Below, one piece after another: positions 58,509-64,000 of a DNA stretch of 64,000 nucleotides (its first letter is position 1; every line of letters starts with the position of its first letter). Under the pieces are notes generated by a model. It was given only the letters and a program-made list of their open reading frames with translations, made no database searches and had not been told where the DNA came from. The DNA is taken from positions 1,632,001 to 1,696,000 of the forward strand of contig CBDBCF010000001.1 of the NCBI GenBank assembly GCA_965202985.1, in the 5' to 3' direction. The position numbers were made by a program, and so were the translations under genes. This DNA comes from Longimicrobiales bacterium (GTDB lineage Bacteria; Gemmatimonadota; Gemmatimonadetes; Longimicrobiales; Gaopeijiaceae).

Positions 58509-58766
58509 CTAGGCCCTGCAGGCTCGCTTGGCGCAGAACTCGATCGGAATCGGCAGCGACGAGGTCAACGCAAAAGCGACGCACGTGCCACACCGAACTG
58601 CTCTCCAGAACGACGACCCTCGGCCAACCACTTCCTCTTGGTGACCCGTGCCGATGCTCGCGGCGGCCGGGTGGTTTCCAGAAGAAACCTCGGGCCTGGG
58701 CGCTGCGACGAGGATCGAGACAGCCAGAGTGGCCACGATTGCCTTGCGAGAGACAAGACGCTTCAT
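58509..58766 (-). CDS. Putative secreted Cys-stapled precursor peptide 3 (85 aa)
   Basis: GAAAGGAG RBS; MKRLVSRKAIVATLAVSILVAA...QEEVVGRG-SSFWRAVRCGTCVAFALTSSLPIPIEFCAKRACRA; appears only as the 3' part of track ORF 58509..59375. Confidence 0.8.
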   Translation of the reverse strand: MKRLVSRKAIVATLAVSILVAAPRPEVSSGNHPAAASIGTGHQEEVVGRGSSFWRAVRCGTCVAFALTSSLPIPIEFCAKRACRA

Positions 58767-58801
58767 GTTTTGCTCCTTTCGATTGGTGAAGTGCGACGGA
58801 A

Positions 58802-59095
58802 CTAGCCGTACGCGCGATAGCAGGCTATGCCGCAAAAAATGATGGCTTCGGGAGCGAAGAATGCGAGCATCGCCAATCCGAAGACGCTCCCGCCTCCTGC
58901 AAACAAGACGGCTGTCAGGCACGCTACGCAGACAAACTTGTCGGGACCGAAGCCAACCGGGTCCTCGACGTCCTGTTCGACCCGAGGTACGTCGTCCGCC
59001 GCGGATGCAACGGAGCGATCTCCGAAAGACGCAGCGTGCGCGACGGCCAAGATGCCCAGGAGAGCCGTCGTCTTGCGCATTATGTTCGAAGTCAT
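58802..59095 (-). CDS. Putative secreted Cys-stapled precursor peptide 2 (97 aa)
   Basis: GAAAGGAG RBS; MRKTTALLGILAVAHAA...VEDPVGFG-PDKFVCVACLTAVLFAGGGSVFGLAMLAFFAPEAIIFCGIACYRAYG. Confidence 0.82.
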   Translation of the reverse strand: MTSNIMRKTTALLGILAVAHAASFGDRSVASAADDVPRVEQDVEDPVGFGPDKFVCVACLTAVLFAGGGSVFGLAMLAFFAPEAIIFCGIACYRAYG

Positions 59096-59110
59096 TTCTC
59101 TCTCCTTTCC

Positions 59111-59392
59111 TTATGAAAACGCGTCGACACAGGCTGCGATGCAGCCCGCAGCAACCATGGTAGAGCCCGGGCGAGCACTGGCAACCAAGATGGCGCCCCA
59201 GCCACCCCAAACAACGGCCGCGGCGCCAACCGCGCAGGCCGCGCATCCCAGGGCGCTCCAGATTCCCGCGCCCGTGAAGTCTTCTGCGGCAATGTCGGAG
59301 GGGCTTCGAGTCTCGAACGTGGAGCCGATCTCGGTGCTTCCAGCGGTCAGCAGGGCGCACAGAACGAAGGTCCAAAGACGTGATTTCTTCAT
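59111..59392 (-). CDS. Putative secreted Cys-stapled precursor peptide 1 (93 aa)
   Basis: AAAAGGAG RBS; MKKSRLWTFVLCALLTAG...AEDFTGAG-IWSALGCAACAVGAAAVVWGGWGAILVASARPGSTMVAAGCIAACVDAFS. Confidence 0.82.
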   Translation of the reverse strand: MKKSRLWTFVLCALLTAGSTEIGSTFETRSPSDIAAEDFTGAGIWSALGCAACAVGAAAVVWGGWGAILVASARPGSTMVAAGCIAACVDAFS

Positions 59393-59438
59393 GTTTCTCT
59401 CCTTTTGTTGTCGAGTTGCGTGTTCACCAAGTTGGCGA

Positions 59439-59528
59439 TCACGAAAGCCTGGTAAGGGCCGTACGAACCAACAGGTACGCTTTGGAGATCAGAAGCACTT
59501 GCGTAAGGACTGCCATGGAGATGTACAT
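59439..59528 (-). CDS. Candidate 29-aa hydrophobic small ORF
   Basis: GAAAGGA RBS 7 nt before the ATG; MYISMAVLTQVLLISKAYLLVRTALTRLS; below the ORF-track size cut-off. Confidence 0.4.
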   Translation of the reverse strand: MYISMAVLTQVLLISKAYLLVRTALTRLS

Positions 59529-59656
59529 TGCGCTTTCCTTTCATTTGAGGCGCTGAATCGGAGCGCGTCCAGGCGCTCCAGTTGGCGACGCCGGCGATTC
59601 CGGCGACCGCGGGGGGCCGAGGCCCGGTTTCGATCTTCCTGCCAAGTTTCTTCGCG

Positions 59657-60298
59657 TCAGTCCATGGGCTTCCTCCTTTCCAGGGAGCGGGGTTCCGCGA
59701 CGGCTGGCGCAGCGGACGATCCGGTGCTTTCGCGGAGGACGACGGCCTCGCCCGACCAGATCTTGCTGAATGCGGTGTCGCCGATCGTGTAACGACCCAC
59801 TTGGGGGTCCAGCACGGTTACCCGACCATCGGGCGTCCACTCCGTGACTGTCACGAAGTGGCTCCTGCGGACCCAGGCGATGAAGGGCTTCGGAGTCTCC
59901 GCTATGCCGCCGCGTCGTAGGCGGTTCAGGGTGAGAGAGAGACCGAAGACCTCGGCTGCCCGGATCAACCCGCGGGCCCTCGTGCCCGTCGGTCCCGTGC
60001 CTGCCAGCGCGCCGAGCGAATCCGTGGCCGGCGTGTCCAAGCCCAGCACCTGGAACATGTTGGCGAGAGCGGCAGGACCGCAGTCGCTCAGCGTGGATTG
60101 CAGCACCATGCCTTCGCGTCCTTGGTAGGAGCCCCCGTCGGCTGCTACTTGAATCCGCGCCGCCCACCTGCCCAGGCGGGCAGGGTCCACTGCCAGAAGA
60201 GCTGTGGCAGCGACCGTGAGGACCAACCCCAGAAGGGTCGAGGCGGCGAGAGTCCGGCGGCGGGCCGAACGCGGGGTCTGCGGCTTGGGAGCGGGCAT
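59657..60298 (-). CDS. Stand-alone C39-family cysteine peptidase with an N-terminal membrane anchor or signal
   Basis: LQSTLSDCGPAALA (oxyanion Gln and catalytic Cys), HFVTV (His), VLDPQVG (Asp), FSKIWSG; no ABC domains; alternative GTG start at 60325. Confidence 0.88.
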   Translation of the reverse strand: MPAPKPQTPRSARRRTLAASTLLGLVLTVAATALLAVDPARLGRWAARIQVAADGGSYQGREGMVLQSTLSDCGPAALANMFQVLGLDTPATDSLGALAGTGPTGTRARGLIRAAEVFGLSLTLNRLRRGGIAETPKPFIAWVRRSHFVTVTEWTPDGRVTVLDPQVGRYTIGDTAFSKIWSGEAVVLRESTGSSAAPAVAEPRSLERRKPMD

Positions 60299-60504
60299 CC
60301 GGTGTCGGGTTGCGGGTCGTTCCACGATCGAACGAAGGAACGATGCACCCGGGAATTGGGCGCTTCCATGCTCAGATCGGCCCGACTTTTTTCGCCCCGC
60401 AAAAAGGGCCGAAAATCGGCGCTCCGGAGTCCCGAAAACGGGGGCTCACCCCCCGAGTGCACCCCCATCGGGGCACTTCGCACCCCCGCTGCCCCCCCGT
60501 CGTG

Positions 60505-60645
60505 CCGACCGAGGCGGCTTCCGGCCGGGCGAGGCGCCTGCGGCCGACGAGGGTCCCATGCCGACGGACGTTCCCACCGACGGACGCTTCCAACCGGCGG
60601 GTGCTTCCAGCCGACGGAAGCTCTCCCCGGCCAGGACGCTTCGGC
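60505..60645. repeat. Degenerate tandem array of about 8 units of 16-20 bp (consensus CCGACGGACGCTTCCA)
   Basis: Units at 60505, 60525, 60544, 60561, 60577, 60594, 60611 and 60628. Confidence 0.6.
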
Positions 60646-60712
60646 TGGCGGCCGTCGCCCACCGCCAGGGCGCCTCCCTACCGCGAAGCGCGCTTCGGGT
60701 CCCGCCTTGCGG

Positions 60713-61378
60713 CTAGAGCGCCTCCAGCGCGGCGAGGATGTCGGCGTTGGTGGGGCGAACCCGGTAGTCTTCCTCCACGAACCCCCAGCGCACGATCCCC
60801 TCCTGGTCGATCACGTAGGTGGCCGGGTGGGGTACGGGGCGGTTCGGGGGCGCGTCCGGGTTCAACAGGCCGTAGCGGTCGATCACCCGGTGGTCGGGGT
60901 CGGACAGCATGACGAAGTCAGGGGCCTCGCCTCCGTCGGCGACGATGCGGTCGATCATCAGCTGCTGCTTCTCGCGGTCGTCCACGGAGACGGCGACGAT
61001 CACGGTCTGGGCGGCGATCGCCGGGGGCAGCAGGTCTCTCAGCTCGCCGAGCTGACGGGCGCAGTGCGGTCACCAGTGTCCACGGTAGAAGACGAGGACC
61101 ACGTTCGCTGTGCCGCGGAAACCTGCCAGCTCCACGGTCTCGCCCCCGAAAGACTCCAGGGCGAAGAGCGGAGCCTCCGTGCCGGCCGACACCCGCTCCA
61201 AGTCCGTCGCGGGAAGGTCGTGGCCGTCGGTCGGCCCCAGGCTGGAGACTTGGGCCGAAGCCGTGCCGAAGCCGGGGAGTGCCCCGAGCACCGCGGCCAG
61301 GACGAGAGCGCGGGCGCCGTCTCGAAGGAGGCGCCGTGCGCGGAGGCGGGAGGTACTGAAGCAACGGGTCGAGGTCAT
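60713..61378 (-). CDS. AhpC/TSA peroxiredoxin-like selenoprotein (UxxC; UGA at 61070-61072)
   Basis: Track ORFs 61070..61450 and 60713..61003 share a frame. Readthrough gives APLFAL...VVLVFYRGHW-U-PHCARQLGEL...IVAVSVD...LSDPD..VIDRYG...PATYVIDQEGIVRW. Signal-like N-terminus. Confidence 0.9.
61040..61054 (-). promoter_or_regulatory. Candidate SECIS hairpin of the peroxiredoxin-like gene
   Basis: CAGCTC-GGC-GAGCTG, a perfect stem with a G-initiated loop, starting 15 nt after the UGA. Confidence 0.6.
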
Positions 61379-61653
61379 GGTCCGGGGCTGTCGTGGTGGC
61401 GGGGGGTCAGGCCCGTGCGGGGACGCTCGCGTTCGCGGGGCGCTCTCCAAGTCCGGGCGCTCCCCTCAATTATATGGTCAAGCCGCGATCGGTGGGACGA
61501 ACCGGCTGTGGTCCGTCGGGCCGCGTGCCGCGGCTCTTCATCGGTCCGGAAGTCGTCCCGCGCAAACGAGTAGGCCGGCCGGGACGGACCGGAAGCGCGC
61601 CGCCGAATGCGCGCCTCCAGCCCGTCCATCGGCCGACCGCCTGCTGGCGGCTC

Positions 61654-62928
61654 CTACCGCGCCGCCGCCAGCGCTTGGTCCAGGTCCTCGACGATGTCGT
61701 CCACGTGCTCGATGCCGACGGACAGCCGCACCAAGTCCTCGGAGACGCCCGTGGCCTCGAGCTCTTCGTCCGACAGCTGGCGGTGCGTCGTGGTGGCCGG
61801 GTGGGTCGCCAGGGTCTTGGCGTCGCCGATGTTCACCAGCCGCGTGACCAGCTGCAGCGCGTCGATGAAGCGCGCCCCGGCGTCGCGACCGCCCTTGATG
61901 CCGAAGCTCAGGATGCCGGCCGCGCGGCCCCCGCAGTACTTGTCCAGCAGCGGCTTCTCGGGGCTGTCTTCGAGTCCGGCGTAGCGCACCCACTCGACTT
62001 GGTCGTGTTGGCGCAGGTGCTGGGCCACGGCGAGGGCGTTCTCGCAGATGCGGTCCATCCGCAGGGGAAGGGTCTCCAGCCCTTGCAGCGCCAAGAACGC
62101 GGTGTGGGGCGAGATCGCCGCCCCGATGTTGCGGAGCGGCACGACCCTGGCGCGGACGATGTACGCCAGCTCGCCCACCGCCTCGGTGTAGACCACGCCG
62201 TGGTACGACACGTCGGGCTCGGTCAGGCGGGGGAAGCGCGCGGCGTTGGCCTCCCAGTCGAAGGCGCCCGAGTCCACGATGGCGCCGCCGATGATCGTGC
62301 CGTGACCGCCGATGTACTTGGTGACCGAGTGGACCACGATGTCGGCCCCGTGCTCGAACGGACGGCACAGGTACGGTGTGGGCACCGTGTTGTCGGCGAT
62401 CACGGGCACCCCCCGAGCGTGGGCCGCTTCGGCGACGGCCTCCAAGTCCACCACGTTACCGGCCGGGTTGCCGATCGTCTCCAGGTACACAGCCTTCGTA
62501 CCGTCGTCGATCAGGCTTGCCAGGGCGTCCACGTCGCCTGGGGCGGCGAAGCGCGTCTCGATGCCGATCTGGGGGAACGTGTGCGCGAACAGGTTGTAGG
62601 TGCCTCCGTACAGCGTGGACGTGCTGACGATGTTGTCGCCCGCCTCGGCGATCGTGAGCACCGCGTAGGTCGTTGCCGCTTGGCCCGACGACAGCGCCAG
62701 CGCTCCCACGCCCCCTTCCATGGCGGCCAGCCGCTTCTCGAGCACCGCCGTGGTCGGGTTCATGATGCGGGTGTAGATGTTCCCCTCGACTTTGAGGTCG
62801 AAGAGGTCCGCACCGTGCTGGGTGTCGTCGAACGCGTACGCGGTGGTCTGGTAGACCGGGACCGCGACGGCCTTCGTGGTGGGTTCCGGCTCGTAGCCGG
62901 CGTGAACGGCCTTTGTTTCTATGCGCAT
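61654..62928 (-). CDS. metY: O-acetylhomoserine aminocarboxypropyltransferase (sulfhydrylase)
   Basis: VPVYQTTAY, NIYTRIMNPT, DNTV, HSVTKYIGGHG (PLP Lys), LVNIGDAKTL, HPATTTHRQL. Confidence 0.93.
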   Translation of the reverse strand: MRIETKAVHAGYEPEPTTKAVAVPVYQTTAYAFDDTQHGADLFDLKVEGNIYTRIMNPTTAVLEKRLAAMEGGVGALALSSGQAATTYAVLTIAEAGDNIVSTSTLYGGTYNLFAHTFPQIGIETRFAAPGDVDALASLIDDGTKAVYLETIGNPAGNVVDLEAVAEAAHARGVPVIADNTVPTPYLCRPFEHGADIVVHSVTKYIGGHGTIIGGAIVDSGAFDWEANAARFPRLTEPDVSYHGVVYTEAVGELAYIVRARVVPLRNIGAAISPHTAFLALQGLETLPLRMDRICENALAVAQHLRQHDQVEWVRYAGLEDSPEKPLLDKYCGGRAAGILSFGIKGGRDAGARFIDALQLVTRLVNIGDAKTLATHPATTTHRQLSDEELEATGVSEDLVRLSVGIEHVDDIVEDLDQALAAAR

Positions 62929-63282
62929 CTGACTTTCCTGTCTCTTGTTTGGGTTGGGTGGTGCTGGGATACGGCGGCGCCATGAAGTGGACGACGCCGG
63001 GGACATGCAGGGAAACGACGCGGGGGGATGCCCACCGCCGCCGCCGTTGCTCCGTCGCTAGGAAGCGATTCGTCCCTTCAATTTAGCGAAACGACGCCGG
63101 CCAGGCGACTGCTCGCGGGCGTCACTCCGGGTCGTCCTCGATCCAGGCGGAGATGAGCCCGGCCAGCGAGCCGATCAATCCCAGCGACAGCGTGCCAGCC
63201 AGATCGACACGATCCGCCCGCCCGTGGTGACGGTGTGGTGGTCGCCGAACCCGGCCTGCGCGGGACGCCTTGTCGGAGTCGC

Positions 63283-64000
63283 CTATTCTCGCGTGGCTCC
63301 TGCCAAGAAGTCGGCGACCGATACGACGGGCTTGCCGTAGCGCCGCGCCGCCCGGGCCTTGCTGGACTCGCTCGCCACGTCGGCGGCCACCAAGACGTCG
63401 CATCCCTTCTTGGTGACGTTGAGGACCGGCACGAGGCCTTGCGCGCCAGCGCCTGCAGGTCGTCCCGAACCCACGTCTTGCCGTCCACGAAGGCGGTCCC
63501 CGTGAAGCAGAGGCGGTCGCCGGGCGCGAGGTTCTCGACGACTGCCACGGGTGTCGGGTCGGGGATCTCCACGTCGGCGAGCTCCAGCTGGTCGGCGATG
63601 CGCGCGATGATCTCGTGCTCCGCCGGGCTCGCGACGCCGTCCCGCCTGGCCGCGGCCACGATGCAGTCGAAGTAGTCCCGGTGCGCCTTCAGCCTTTCGC
63701 GTTCCGGTATTCCCAGGTCCTGCGCCAGCCGCTTGATCTCGGCGCGCTCCCGCTGGTCGATGACGCTGTCGTCCAGCACCCAGTCCAATGCGTCCAGGTA
63801 GCCCAAGATCAGCTCGTCGCAGTGGGGGTAGTGGGAGCGGGCCACGACCCTGTGCATCGGACTCACGCCGGCGTCCACTAGACCCCGCCGAACGGTTCGC
63901 TGACTGGGCTTCTGCGCCACATACCCGACTCGGACCGGTTCCGCGCCCAAGTCCGCCTCGTCCCCCCACAATCGACGCGCAAGCTCGGCCGTGGCGCGCG
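63283..64000 (-). pseudogene. 3' part of a gene with TerB-like and BRCT domains (probably an exonuclease-BRCT protein), frameshifted at about 63445
   Basis: YLDALDWVLDD..ID..ER, AARRDGVAS.AE, and the BRCT start LCFTG; the BRCT continues in another frame as GLVPVLNVTKKGCDVLVAAD.AS.SSKARAARRYGKPVVSV..F. The 5' end is outside the window. Confidence 0.7.

Noticed and set aside
58509..59392. Precursors as lanthipeptide, sactipeptide/ranthipeptide or glycocin substrates
   Set aside because: No LanB/C/M, radical SAM or glycosyltransferase gene is in the window. Even Cys counts plus a thioredoxin-fold gene favour disulfides, though enzymes acting in trans cannot be excluded.
59489..59680. Strong RBS (GAAAGGAGG) followed by ATG-GAC-TGA at the end of the C39 gene, read as a selenopeptide or readthrough ORF
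   Set aside because: The readthrough product has no redox motif or recognisable family and I saw no convincing SECIS. It may be a decayed small gene, but this cannot be supported.
62929..63120. SAM riboswitch upstream of metY
   Set aside because: I could not find the conserved SAM-I or SAM-II core sequences by eye; an Rfam scan would be decisive.
63122..63403. 93-aa minus-strand ORF ending in a hydrophobic segment
   Set aside because: It overlaps the BRCT coding end, has no clear RBS and no recognisable family.

Overview
High-GC bacterial chromosomal window (about 70% GC by eye). Gene content suggests Gemmatimonadota or a similar lineage, which is inference only. Bases 1-7700 are an accessory stretch: a frameshifted IS1634-type transposase, an IS21 istB remnant, an intact IS1182-type transposase, a DUF6978/DUF1828-like gene pair and a type I restriction subunit hsdR with no hsdM/hsdS in the window. 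The middle (7.7-55.8 kb) is mostly housekeeping and secreted-hydrolase genes, including ggt, lon, a selenocysteine-containing selD, a triple-domain solute-binding lipoprotein, tRNA-Glu, tRNA-Val and arsM. The most striking region is 55.8-60.3 kb on the minus strand. It encodes a stand-alone, membrane-anchored C39 peptidase and three tandem 85-97 aa paralogous precursor peptides. Each precursor has a signal-like N-terminus, an acidic spacer ending in E(D/E)xxGxG, and a hydrophobic core with CxxC...Cx3-4C. These are followed by a membrane-anchored CxxC thioredoxin-fold protein, a Yip1-like membrane protein and an ABC ATPase/permease. This looks like an undescribed system for disulfide-stapled secreted peptides (RiPP/bacteriocin-like). 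A UxxC selenoprotein peroxiredoxin-like gene, metY and a frameshifted BRCT-domain gene end the window. All family calls come from motif recognition, not database searches.
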